From Dehalococcoidia bacterium (GTDB lineage: Bacteria; Chloroflexota; Dehalococcoidia; Lucifugimonadales; UBA3495), in the NCBI GenBank assembly GCA_022827095.1, contig JAJDTP010000012.1, positions 31,057 to 95,056 of the forward strand: 64,000 nucleotides of DNA, in the 5' to 3' direction. Each line of letters starts with the position of its first letter. The stretch's first letter is position 1. A model generated the notes under the pieces. It did not search any database and was not told the origin of the DNA. It was given only the letters and a program-made list of their open reading frames with translations. The translations under genes were made by a program, and so were the position numbers. This document shows positions 16,934 through 26,137 of this stretch, piece after piece.

Positions 16934-18307
16934 ATGGGGCAGTTGCCCTTTGCAGAGGAAGATTCACCCAACAAGCGCCGCGCCAAATCCAGGCCCAGAG
17001 CAGTAAGTGATATTCCAGTGAGCCCCTCCTCCGGTAACTCCTCCCGCCGCATCGGACGGCGTTCTTTGGTCACGCTGGCCCTCTTGGGCGGCGTTCTCAT
17101 CCTTGCGGCATTGGGTTGTGATGCCGATGCGCATCAGTCCATTCTGAGCTCTACGCCATGGACCTTGGATGGGGTTGGCGGGCCGGTGGCGCGGGAGCAG
17201 TTGCTGCTGTTCAACGTGCTGCTGTGGACCATGGTAATCGTGTTCGTCTTGGTGGAGGGCGCGCTGCTCTACGCGGCGATTCGCTTCCGCCGCAAGCCGG
17301 GCGATCCGCTTCCGCCGCAGACGCACGGGCACACGCCTTTGGAAATCGCATGGACCATCGTGCCCACCATTCTGATCCTCGGATTGGGCGTGTGGTCGGT
17401 GATCGTGCTGTTCAAGTTGGAACCGGGCGAGGCGATTGCGCTGGCGCGGGTCGAGGGCAAAGAGCCGGTTCGGGTCGAGGCGGTGGGCCACCAGTGGTGG
17501 TGGGAGTTCCGCTACGAAGATCCGCTGCCCGGCGACGAGGCCACCAAGCTGGTCACCACTGCCAACGAGATGCGCGTGCCCGTGAATACTCCCATCATCA
17601 TGGATCTCAAGAGTGACGACGTCATCCATAGTTTCTGGATCCCGAAACTCGCCGGTAAGCAGGACGTGGTTCCGACCAAGACCAACTCCATGTGGTTCCT
17701 GGCCGAAGAAACCGGAATGTATTACGGGCAGTGCGCAGAGTTCTGCGGCACCGCCCACGCCCAGATGAAGTTCCGGGTCCACGTCATGGAGGATGCAGAG
17801 TACAAGGCATGGGTGGCCGGGTTCGCTGAACCGGTGCAGCTATCCGCCGAGGCGACCAGGGGCCAGTTAGTCTTCCTGGGGGACGGCCAGTGCGTGACCT
17901 GCCACACCGTCGGCGCATCCGACGTGGTGGATCCGGCAACGGGCGAGGGTGTGCAGCACGCGCGAATGCAAACGTACATTGAATATACCGAGTGGCTCGC
18001 CAAACGCGCCGATGAGCGGCTCCTGGACGTGCGGACGGGTAACGAACCCCCAACCGCGTTCGCAGCGCCGAACCTCACCGACCTGAGTTGCCGCGTCACT
18101 CTTGGTGCCGGGCTGGTGGACCGCAATCGCGAAACCCTGCGGCAATGGGTCCGTGACCCTGACAGCATCAAGCCTGGCAACCGTATGTCGGAACTGGCAG
18201 TCATTTACCAGACCAAACTGGACCACCGCGCCGATCTGACGGAAGCCCAGTTGGGAGACCTGGTCGAATACCTTTCCGCCCAGGGATCCAACGTTTGCCC
18301 GCAGTAG
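16934..18307 (+). CDS. ctaC: cytochrome c oxidase subunit II with C-terminal cytochrome c domain (caa3 type)
   Basis: The CuA site is HSFWIP...CAEFCGTAHAQM and the haem c site is CVTCH. The start is uncertain (ATG 16934 or GTG 16898). Confidence 0.85.
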   Translation: MGQLPFAEEDSPNKRRAKSRPRAVSDIPVSPSSGNSSRRIGRRSLVTLALLGGVLILAALGCDADAHQSILSSTPWTLDGVGGPVAREQLLLFNVLLWTMVIVFVLVEGALLYAAIRFRRKPGDPLPPQTHGHTPLEIAWTIVPTILILGLGVWSVIVLFKLEPGEAIALARVEGKEPVRVEAVGHQWWWEFRYEDPLPGDEATKLVTTANEMRVPVNTPIIMDLKSDDVIHSFWIPKLAGKQDVVPTKTNSMWFLAEETGMYYGQCAEFCGTAHAQMKFRVHVMEDAEYKAWVAGFAEPVQLSAEATRGQLVFLGDGQCVTCHTVGASDVVDPATGEGVQHARMQTYIEYTEWLAKRADERLLDVRTGNEPPTAFAAPNLTDLSCRVTLGAGLVDRNRETLRQWVRDPDSIKPGNRMSELAVIYQTKLDHRADLTEAQLGDLVEYLSAQGSNVCPQ

Positions 18308-18411
18308 CCCGTCGAAATCCGCGCTATCATAGTATCCGTAGACCACAATTCATCGCCGCTAACGCATCGCCGAAACGCCTGTTGAACGAGCCGCAGCGGA
18401 GGACCTGAACC

Positions 18412-20283
18412 ATGGTAACCATAACCGGCGTCATACCTCGCCCCAGCACCTATACCGGCTTGTGGAGCTGGTTAACCACGGTCGATCACAAGCGAATAGG
18501 CGCGCTGTACGGCTTTTCCGCTTTCTTCTTCTTCGTGGTGGGCGGGATCGAAGCCGGCATCATGCGGTTGCAGTTGGTGACATCCGATAATTCTCTGGTG
18601 TCGGCGGACTGGTTCAACGCCATGTTCACCATGCATGGCACCACCATGATCTTCATGGCGATCATGCCGTTCGGAGCGACGTTCTTCAACTTCCTGATAC
18701 CGTTGATGATCGGTGCCAGGGACGTGGCCTTCCCGCGCCTGAACGCCTTCTCCTATTGGACGTTCCTCTTCGGCGCGCTCCTCATGCACGCCGGTTTCCT
18801 GATTGGGCAGGTTCCCGACGCAGGCTGGTTCTCCTACGCCAACCTGACCGCCGCGCCGTTCAGCGAGGGTAAAGGACTGGACTTCTGGGCGTTGAGCCTG
18901 CAGGTCCTGGGCGTTGCCTCGCTGGCCGCCGGCTTCAACTTCGTGGTGACCATCATCAACATGCGGGCGCCGGGGATGTCCCTGATGCGGATGCCCGTGT
19001 TCGTCTGGATGACGCTGGTGACCAGCATCCTCCTGGTGCTGGCGTTCCCGATCATCACCGTCGCCCTGATCGAATTGACCGCCGACCGGCAGTTCGGGGC
19101 CAACTTCTTCAACACCGCCGCTGGCGGCGACCCCATCCTTTGGCAGCACCTGTTCTGGCTGTTCGGCCATCCCGAGGTGTACATCCTCATCCTGCCGGCC
19201 ATGGGTGTCGTTTCGGAGATCATCCCGACCTTCAGCCGCAAGCCGCTGTTCGGTTATCCGGTGGTCATATTCTCCGGCATCGTCATCGCCATCATGAGCT
19301 GGGCGGTGTGGAGCCACCACATGTTCACCGTGGGCCTGGGCGCCATCGCCAACTCGGTGTTCACCATCACCACGATGCTGATCGCGGTGCCCACCGGCGT
19401 GAAGATCTTCAACTGGATCGGCACCATGTGGAGCGGTTCCATCGATCTGAGGACGCCCATGCTCATGGCGATCGGGTTCGTGGCGCTGTTCATCGTGGGC
19501 GGGCTTTCCGGCGTATCCCACGCTGTGTCCCCGTCGGATTTCCAGCAACAGGACACCTATTACATCGTCGCCCACATCCACTACGTGCTGTTCGGCGGCG
19601 CCATCTTCGGCATCTTCGCCGGGATATACTACTGGTACCCGAAGATAACCGGCAAGATGTACAACGAGCTTCTGGGCAAGATCCACTTTTGGCTGATGTT
19701 CATCGGCATGAACCTGACGTTCTTCCCCATGCACTACGCCGGGCTGAACGGGATGCCGCGCCGCATTTACACCTACGCCGAGGGCTTCGGCTGGGAAGGC
19801 ATGAACCTGCTGGCGACCATCGGCTACTTCATCATCGTCATCTCGCTGCTGATCTTTATCCACAACTTCTTCCGCAGCATCAAGAAGGGGGAGGAAGCTG
19901 GCCACGACCCGTGGGACGCTCCCACTCTGGAGTGGAGCATCTCGTCGCCGCCGCCGGTGTACAACTTCGCTGAGGTTCCCGTGGTGCGCGGCCAGGATGC
20001 CTACTGGATAACCAAACGTGAGGCTGCCGCCCGCGGCGAGACCGTGCCGGCTGAGCCCCACGTTGACCCTGACACGATCCACATGCCAAGCCCATCCTAC
20101 TGGCCTTTGATCACCTCATTCGGTGTGGTGTGGATTGCTGGAGGCCTCCTGATCGACGTGGGTTGGGATTACATCCGGTTCCCGATCAGCTTTATCGGCG
20201 GGATTATCACGATCATCGGCGTCATAGGCTGGTCCAACGAACCCGCAGCCGAAGAGCACCATGAAGCAGCCGGCCATCACTAA
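18412..20283 (+). CDS. ctaD: cytochrome c oxidase subunit I
   Basis: It has WFFGHPEVYILILP-type motifs (LFWLFGHPEVYILILPAMG) and HHMFTVG, with about 12 or more TM helices. There is a GGAGGA SD. Confidence 0.95.
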   Translation: MVTITGVIPRPSTYTGLWSWLTTVDHKRIGALYGFSAFFFFVVGGIEAGIMRLQLVTSDNSLVSADWFNAMFTMHGTTMIFMAIMPFGATFFNFLIPLMIGARDVAFPRLNAFSYWTFLFGALLMHAGFLIGQVPDAGWFSYANLTAAPFSEGKGLDFWALSLQVLGVASLAAGFNFVVTIINMRAPGMSLMRMPVFVWMTLVTSILLVLAFPIITVALIELTADRQFGANFFNTAAGGDPILWQHLFWLFGHPEVYILILPAMGVVSEIIPTFSRKPLFGYPVVIFSGIVIAIMSWAVWSHHMFTVGLGAIANSVFTITTMLIAVPTGVKIFNWIGTMWSGSIDLRTPMLMAIGFVALFIVGGLSGVSHAVSPSDFQQQDTYYIVAHIHYVLFGGAIFGIFAGIYYWYPKITGKMYNELLGKIHFWLMFIGMNLTFFPMHYAGLNGMPRRIYTYAEGFGWEGMNLLATIGYFIIVISLLIFIHNFFRSIKKGEEAGHDPWDAPTLEWSISSPPPVYNFAEVPVVRGQDAYWITKREAAARGETVPAEPHVDPDTIHMPSPSYWPLITSFGVVWIAGGLLIDVGWDYIRFPISFIGGIITIIGVIGWSNEPAAEEHHEAAGHH

Positions 20284-20337
20284 GCTGCTCCGCAAGAACC
20301 CGGCTTACTCAGATTAGAACCAGGCAGGAGGAGCGCG

Positions 20338-21027
20338 TTGGCTCACGCAGACACGACCCATGCCCCGCCGGCGCATCCGCCGGCCCACGAGGAAGAGACC
20401 ACCACCGGGATTAATCATCGGAAACTCCTCATGTGGGTGTTTCTCGGCTCGGACTGCCTCTTCTTCGGCTCGCTGATCGCCACCTACATGGTGTACCGGG
20501 GGCAGAGCATCGTTGGCCCGTACCCCAGGGACATCATCGACGTCCCCATCACCACCGTCAGCACCTTCGTGCTCCTGATGAGTTCGTTCGCCATGGTGAT
20601 GGGTGTGGCCGCGGCCCGCAACGGGAACCAGAAGCGCCTCATCCAGTGGCTATGGTTGACCATCGTGCTGGGCAGTATTTTCATCGGCTTCCAGGTGTAC
20701 GAGTTCAACCTGTTCCGAGTTGAGGGGCTGCGTTACGAAACCAACCTGTTCAGCAGCACCTTCTTCACGCTGACCGGGTTCCACGGCGCGCACGTTACCC
20801 TGGGCATCTTCTGGTTGATCTGCCTGGCCATCGTGGCGGCGCGCAACCCCGCAGGACGGCCCTCTCACCTGGACGTTGACATCGCCGGCCTGTACTGGCA
20901 CTTCGTCGACATAGTGTGGATCGTGATTTTCACGCTGCTATACCTGATTGGGGGATTTGACGGTCCTCCGGAGGCAGGCCACGCGGCAGTGCAGGGATGG
21001 AATTGGGTCACCGGACTGATCAGCTAG
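20338..21027 (+). CDS. ctaE: cytochrome c oxidase subunit III
   Basis: The subunit III pattern is present (FFTLTGFHGAHVTLG, LYWHFVDIVWI). The TTG start has an AGGAGGAG SD. Confidence 0.85.
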   Translation: MAHADTTHAPPAHPPAHEEETTTGINHRKLLMWVFLGSDCLFFGSLIATYMVYRGQSIVGPYPRDIIDVPITTVSTFVLLMSSFAMVMGVAAARNGNQKRLIQWLWLTIVLGSIFIGFQVYEFNLFRVEGLRYETNLFSSTFFTLTGFHGAHVTLGIFWLICLAIVAARNPAGRPSHLDVDIAGLYWHFVDIVWIVIFTLLYLIGGFDGPPEAGHAAVQGWNWVTGLIS

Positions 21028-21049
21028 GTTTCGAGGAGGCAACCACCAG

Positions 21050-21925
21050 ATGAGCACCAACCCCGGTCAGGAGGCCGCAATGGCCCATGACGAACACGCG
21101 GCCCACGAGGAACACGCGGCTCACGAGGATGCCGGGATCTCGCGGTTTTTCTTCGGCCACGTGCCGGAGGGTGTTCACGGCGGGTTGAAGCAATACGGCC
21201 TGCTCGCGATTTTCCTTGCCATTATCACGCTGATTGAATTCCTCATCATCGTCCCGGAGGGTCTGCAGGGCAGCGGCGTGGTCATCGCGCCCTTGGTCAT
21301 CCTGTCGGTCATAAAGTTCTTCTGCGTGGTTGCGTTCTTTATGCACCTGAAGTTCGAGCACGAATTGCTGTGGCAGATCTTCGTTGCCGGCCTTGCCTTA
21401 GGTCTCGTGGTCGCCTTGTCGCTGGTGTTGCTGTTCGGCGTTTTCCGGCCCACCCCCCGCGCTTTCTCCGAGCCGAGGCAGGTTCCATTCGAGCATCACG
21501 TCGAAGACCATCACGAAGCGGTGGCGAGGCCGTTGCCTGACGAATTGCCCCCGCCAGCGGACCCCGCCGACCTGGCGCCAGCTGCACCCGCCGGCGCGAC
21601 TGCGGCCGGCGCATCACCCGGTCAAACGCTATTCGTCGGCACTGCGGCGTGCGCCTCGTGCCATACCATACAGGGGGTCGCCCAGGGTGTGCTGGGGCCG
21701 CCGCTTGACGGGATAGCATCGGCCGCTGCCAACCGCATCTCCGGTTATTCGGCGGAGGAGTACATCCGTGAGTCGATAGTGGAGCCCGACGCGTATACGG
21801 CAGGAACCGCAGATGGGCTCTCCCAGGACTACCAACAGGGTCTGATGAGCGCCACTATGGCCGGCATCGTGCTGTCCGATGAGGACGTGGAAGCATTGGT
21901 CGAATACCTGCTGCAACTCAGGTAG
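21050..21925 (+). CDS. ctaF: prokaryotic oxidase subunit IV-like membrane domain fused to a C-terminal cytochrome c domain
   Basis: The N-terminus is His/Glu-rich and is followed by three TM helices ending in FFMHLKFE (COX4_pro-like). A Pro/Ala linker then leads to a CASCH haem c site. Confidence 0.7.
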   Translation: MSTNPGQEAAMAHDEHAAHEEHAAHEDAGISRFFFGHVPEGVHGGLKQYGLLAIFLAIITLIEFLIIVPEGLQGSGVVIAPLVILSVIKFFCVVAFFMHLKFEHELLWQIFVAGLALGLVVALSLVLLFGVFRPTPRAFSEPRQVPFEHHVEDHHEAVARPLPDELPPPADPADLAPAAPAGATAAGASPGQTLFVGTAACASCHTIQGVAQGVLGPPLDGIASAAANRISGYSAEEYIRESIVEPDAYTAGTADGLSQDYQQGLMSATMAGIVLSDEDVEALVEYLLQLR

Positions 21926-21969
21926 CGGCAGCGGGCAATTGGGATCATTTGGGGCGGCCGTACCGGCTG

Positions 21970-21990
21970 CCCCTTGCTTTTTGCAAGGGG
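21970..21990 (+). terminator. hairpin after the oxidase operon
   Basis: The stem is CCCCTTGC-TTTTT-GCAAGGGG, preceded by a second imperfect GC hairpin. There is no clear downstream T tract. Confidence 0.4.
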
Positions 21991-22086
21991 TGGTCGGGAT
22001 GAACGAGGCTTCGATTGCGTGTAAACTGTGCCCAGCATCGAAGAAGGCCGCCCTGCGCTGGCCGGCACACCCAGGAGGAAGCAGCC

Positions 22087-22971
22087 ATGCTGGTTGACCT
22101 GATTCGGATTACCGCCGCCGATGGCATGGAACTGGACGGAGCGTTTTTCGCACCGGACTCGAATGCCTCACCGGCCGGGCCCATTGATGCCGCCATGGTC
22201 ATTCATGGGTCGGGCCGCAACTTTTACACCCCGGCGACGGCCAACATGGCTAATGATTTGCGGAACGCGGGGTACGCGACGTTGACCCTAAATACCAGGG
22301 GGCACGACACCGTTTGGGTCGACCGTCAAACCGGCGTGGCCGAGGGCAACGCTTACGAAATCCTGGACAACGGCCGGCAGGATCTACGGGCGGGCATTGA
22401 CTACCTGGAAGCGCGGGGATACCGGCGCATCGCCATCCTGGGCCAGAGCATGGGCGCCGTGAAGGTTACCTACTATGGCGCCGTGGAGAACGACCCGCGC
22501 GTGGCGGCAGTGGTGCCCATTTCTCCAGTGCGGCTGTCCTGTTCCTACTACCTGGAGTCCCCCGACGCCGAAGAATTCCGCGCCAACCTGGAGACCGCGG
22601 ACCGCATGGAGGCCGAAGGACGGGCCCTGGACCTGTTCTACGTGGACTTCCCGATCAAGGAAATGTTCTCGGCCATGGCCTACATCGACAAGCATGGGCC
22701 GCTGGAACGGTACAACGTCGTCATGCACGCCCCGAAGATCACGGCGCCGCTATTCGTGCTGTCCGGGTCCCTGGAGACCCACACTCGGCTGCTGGATGTT
22801 CCGCAGGATATGGTCGCCGCCGCCGTGAACAGCCCTCGGGCCGAGTACCTGGTGTTGGAAGGCGGGAACCACTCCCTGACCAACATGATGCCGGCGGCCG
22901 GCGAGGCGGTGGTCAACTGGCTGGCCTCCCTGTCTGCCGATGTCAGCGCCGCGGCGGTTGCGGCCAACTGA
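22087..22971 (+). CDS. alpha/beta-fold hydrolase
   Basis: It has a GQSMGA nucleophile elbow and a late GGNHS His region. An AGGAGGA SD precedes ATG 22087. Confidence 0.7.
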   Translation: MLVDLIRITAADGMELDGAFFAPDSNASPAGPIDAAMVIHGSGRNFYTPATANMANDLRNAGYATLTLNTRGHDTVWVDRQTGVAEGNAYEILDNGRQDLRAGIDYLEARGYRRIAILGQSMGAVKVTYYGAVENDPRVAAVVPISPVRLSCSYYLESPDAEEFRANLETADRMEAEGRALDLFYVDFPIKEMFSAMAYIDKHGPLERYNVVMHAPKITAPLFVLSGSLETHTRLLDVPQDMVAAAVNSPRAEYLVLEGGNHSLTNMMPAAGEAVVNWLASLSADVSAAAVAAN

Positions 22972-22990
22972 GTGATGGTCACACCCAGCC

Positions 22991-23434
22991 ATGGACGCCG
23001 ATCTCAGCTCCATCCAGGTCACTCCAATCGGGTACGTTCGGAGCCGGTTCACCGACTACGCGCCTTCCAGCGAAATGCGGGAGCATCCTTCGCGAATCGT
23101 GGTGCTTCCGGAATTCGCTGATGGGCTGTTGGGTCTCGAACCTGGCGACAGCATACAAACCCTGTTCGTGCTCCACCGTGCGGCCGCCACCGGTTATGAG
23201 TTGCGTCTGCATCCCGGTCACAACCCGGCCAACCCGATTCGGGGTGTTTTCGGCACCAGGAGCCAGTACCGCCCAAACTTCATCGCCGCCACCATCGCCC
23301 AGATCCAGGACATCAGCGAGGCCGACGCGGGCGGTGGCAGGACCGTTACGGTCATTGGCCTGGATGCTCAGGATGGGTCACCCGTGATCGACATCAAGCC
23401 GCACCACGCGACCTACGACGGGCCGGCTCCGTAA
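22991..23434 (+). CDS. TsaA/TrmO-like (YaeB/UPF0066) SAM-dependent methyltransferase domain protein
   Basis: It has VTPIGYVRS, LEPGDSIQTLFVLH and RGVFGTRSQYRPNFIA, typical of the TsaA-like family. Confidence 0.7.
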   Translation: MDADLSSIQVTPIGYVRSRFTDYAPSSEMREHPSRIVVLPEFADGLLGLEPGDSIQTLFVLHRAAATGYELRLHPGHNPANPIRGVFGTRSQYRPNFIAATIAQIQDISEADAGGGRTVTVIGLDAQDGSPVIDIKPHHATYDGPAP

Positions 23435-23460
23435 CCGTAATTGTTCGGAATTCAGGACGT

Positions 23461-23570
23461 TGTCATTGCGAGGCGGCTGCGCCGTGGCAATCTCGGCGCC
23501 GTAGCAGAAACGTCTGCCCCAAAGGACTTCCCTACGCCAACGAGATTGCCGCGCTGCGCTCGCAATGACA
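23461..23570. repeat. 110-nt intergenic element with 12-nt perfect terminal inverted repeats (MITE/REP-like)
   Basis: TGTCATTGCGAG ... CTCGCAATGACA. Each arm (about 30 nt) also contains an internal ATTGC...GCAAT hairpin ending in GGCAATCTCG / CGAGATTGCC. Confidence 0.7.
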
Positions 23571-23725
23571 CTTTCCCCGCAACTCTGAACAGTTACCCGT
23601 AACGCCATCGTTTTGACACCGCCGGCACGTTCCTATACCATCGCCTGCGGGGTTTCGTTGGGACCAGATTCCCGCCGGCGCCAGTGTCCGGCGGCGCGGC
23701 CCTCGACCCGTAAGGTGGCCCACAT

Positions 23726-24034
23726 ATGCCGATCTACGAGTATCGTTGCCAGTCGTGCGCCCGTGTGAGCAGTTACTTTTTCAAGGTGGCCTCAGCGGCG
23801 ACCGATGTCAACTGCGAACACTGCGGCGATTACGGGTTGGAGCGCATCATGTCGTCCTTCTCGCGGGGCAGGACTGAAGCCGATACCTACCGGGACCTCG
23901 ACCCTCGGTACTATAAAATGGTTGACGACGCTTTGGGCAAAGCTCCGTCAACAACTGAGCCGGAACACTATCTTCGCAAAATGGCCCCGTTTTCATCCGC
24001 TGAGAAGACGGGAGATCCTTACTTCCACGAATAG
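23726..24034 (+). CDS. FmdB-family putative zinc-ribbon regulatory protein
   Basis: It has the MPIYEYRCQSC...CEHCG signature (CxxC_CxxC_SSSS type). Confidence 0.8.
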   Translation: MPIYEYRCQSCARVSSYFFKVASAATDVNCEHCGDYGLERIMSSFSRGRTEADTYRDLDPRYYKMVDDALGKAPSTTEPEHYLRKMAPFSSAEKTGDPYFHE

Positions 24035-24095
24035 CGCGACAACCGGTCCCGCATCGCAGCGACCGGAGTTTCCCGAGCCCGGAGGCCATCTCTGA

Positions 24096-24533
24096 ATGAC
24101 TGCTGAACCGATAGTATTCCCGTCGCTGGCCTGGTTTGAAGAATTGCGGCGACTGGTCAACGATGATCCCGCCTACCGCCAGATTGGGACCGTCGACGCG
24201 TCCATGGGGGTCAAGGTAGGTGACGAAGTGTTCGTAGTCACCTTTGAAGCGTTCGAGTGCAGTTCGGCGCGGTCGGGCAACGAGTACGACCTGATCAACG
24301 TGGACTTCTTCATCGAGATGCACACCGACGCCTGGAAGGCCATGCTGGAGGACATCAAGACCAATGGCGGGGCGGGAGCCGGCCAGACGCTGGTCAGCCT
24401 GGACATGCTGAATGAGATTTCCACCAATGCCACGGGGGATCAACTGCGGGCGGACATGTTCTTCCGGTACAACCAGAGCCTGCAGCACTTTTTCGACCTG
24501 TCGGCGAACCTGAACACCGTTTTCGCTGATTGA
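24096..24533 (+). CDS. SCP2/sterol-carrier-like fold protein (tentative)
   Basis: The size and pattern fit (LAWFEELRRLVNDDP...FFIEMHTDAWKAML). The call is weak. Confidence 0.45.
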   Translation: MTAEPIVFPSLAWFEELRRLVNDDPAYRQIGTVDASMGVKVGDEVFVVTFEAFECSSARSGNEYDLINVDFFIEMHTDAWKAMLEDIKTNGGAGAGQTLVSLDMLNEISTNATGDQLRADMFFRYNQSLQHFFDLSANLNTVFAD

Positions 24534-24589
24534 TTCGTTGGCTCAGCACCGGATCACGTCGCTCGACTCTCAACCATAGAGGACAATCG

Positions 24590-25702
24590 ATGACCACCAC
24601 CACAGTCTTGGAAGAAATAGGAATGGACCCGACGGCGGTGCAGGAGTTGGAAAACCTGTTCCGGCGGCAGATTGACCAGGGGTTGCATCCGGGAGCCGGC
24701 CTCGCCGTCTACCGACAAGGCCGCCTCGCCGTCGATCTGTGGGGTGGGCTGGCCGACGATGCCGGCGGCATTCCGGTCGTGGCCGATACAATGTTCATTC
24801 TTTACTCTTCCACCAAGCCGCTGGCTGCGGCATGCCTGCACATCCTCTGGGAGCGGGGGCAGTTGGACTGGAACGACGCGGTGGCGCAGTACTGGCCGGA
24901 GTTCGCCAAGCACGGCAAAGACTCGGTCAGCATCCGCCATGTCCTGACCCACCGGGGTGGCTTCCCGGAGACCCCGCCGGAATTATCCTGGGACCGTTGG
25001 CAGGACTGGGATTACGTGGTTGAGTGCATGGAAGACATCATCCCTGATTATCCCGCCGGACAAATCATGGCCTACCACCCCCGTAACTTTGGCTGGGTGA
25101 TCGGCGAGTTGGTGCGCCGGATCGACGGTCGGCATATCGGCGTGTTTCTCCGTGAGGAGATCCTGGATCCGCTGGGGCTGCACGACGGGTACGTGGGACT
25201 GCCGGCGGAGCTCGAGCCTCGGGTTTCCCGCATCCACGCCATGGAAGATTGCGATCGCCCGGGCATGATCCGCCCGTACAACCGGCCGGAAGTGCACCAG
25301 GCGGTGCATCCCGCCGGCGGAGGCATCTTCACGGCCCGGGACCTGGCCCGTTTCTACGCCATGATGTGCAACGGAGGCGAGTTGGACGGCGTCCGCATTC
25401 TCAAGCCGGAGACGGTGGCTGAGGTTACGCGCCTCGATTCCGAGGCCAACGACTTTTCGCTGGGCACGCGGATGCGGCGCTCGTTGGGCCTGGTTCTGGA
25501 CGACAGCCGCATGGGAGCCACCACCAACGCCGGCGACGGCCTGGGCACCTTCGGACATGGAGGGGCCGGCACTTCCGTTGGCTGGGCTGATCCCGGCATG
25601 GGCCTGGCGGTGGCGTACATCACCAACGGGTTCCGCGCCAGCGCCACCAACAACCCGCGCCTGGCGGCGATTTCGCGGGCCGTTCGGGCGGCCTGCCGGT
25701 AA
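24590..25702 (+). CDS. serine hydrolase, beta-lactamase/esterase (class C-like) family
   Basis: It has an SxxK motif (YSSTKPL), a later YHPRNFGW and a HGGAGTS (KTG-like) region. The start is at ATG 24590. Confidence 0.8.
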   Translation: MTTTTVLEEIGMDPTAVQELENLFRRQIDQGLHPGAGLAVYRQGRLAVDLWGGLADDAGGIPVVADTMFILYSSTKPLAAACLHILWERGQLDWNDAVAQYWPEFAKHGKDSVSIRHVLTHRGGFPETPPELSWDRWQDWDYVVECMEDIIPDYPAGQIMAYHPRNFGWVIGELVRRIDGRHIGVFLREEILDPLGLHDGYVGLPAELEPRVSRIHAMEDCDRPGMIRPYNRPEVHQAVHPAGGGIFTARDLARFYAMMCNGGELDGVRILKPETVAEVTRLDSEANDFSLGTRMRRSLGLVLDDSRMGATTNAGDGLGTFGHGGAGTSVGWADPGMGLAVAYITNGFRASATNNPRLAAISRAVRAACR

Positions 25703-25717
25703 TTGGGTCCACGGAGC

Positions 25718-26074
25718 ATGTCCTCCATCATCTACCACCTCGCGGTCCGGTCCGATTGGGAAGCCGCTGTCACCGAGGGCGAATACCGCGCGCCATCGCT
25801 GGCAGAAGAGGGCTTTATCCACGCCAGCAGCGACGAAGCGCAGATGTTGCAGGTCGCGGCGCGACTGTTTGCCGGCCGAACCGATCTGCTGGCATTGGAC
25901 GTGGACACCGAGCGCCTGCCCGAAGAGTCGCCGCTGGTGCGGGAGCCTTCCCGTTCGGGCGAGATTTACCCGCACGTTTACGGTCCCATCAACCTGCATG
26001 CGGTGGTCCGCATCCGCGCGTTAGCGCCGGATGAGACGCAGCCCAGCGGATTCGCGTTGGGTGCGGGTGGGTGA
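25718..26074 (+). CDS. DUF952 family protein
   Basis: The pattern is IYHLAVRSDWE...EGFIHAS...LLALDVDTERL...YPHVYGPIN. Confidence 0.7.
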   Translation: MSSIIYHLAVRSDWEAAVTEGEYRAPSLAEEGFIHASSDEAQMLQVAARLFAGRTDLLALDVDTERLPEESPLVREPSRSGEIYPHVYGPINLHAVVRIRALAPDETQPSGFALGAGG

Positions 26075-26137
26075 CCGGAGCCCGACATTCGGTACACTGA
26101 GGAGCAGCTTTCGTCCATTCGCCAGGTCATCGCCGGC

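Noticed and set aside
18472-20082. 536-aa antisense ORF opposite ctaD
   Set aside because: ctaD is unmistakable on the plus strand. The antisense translation is His/Asp/Arg/Gly-rich noise.
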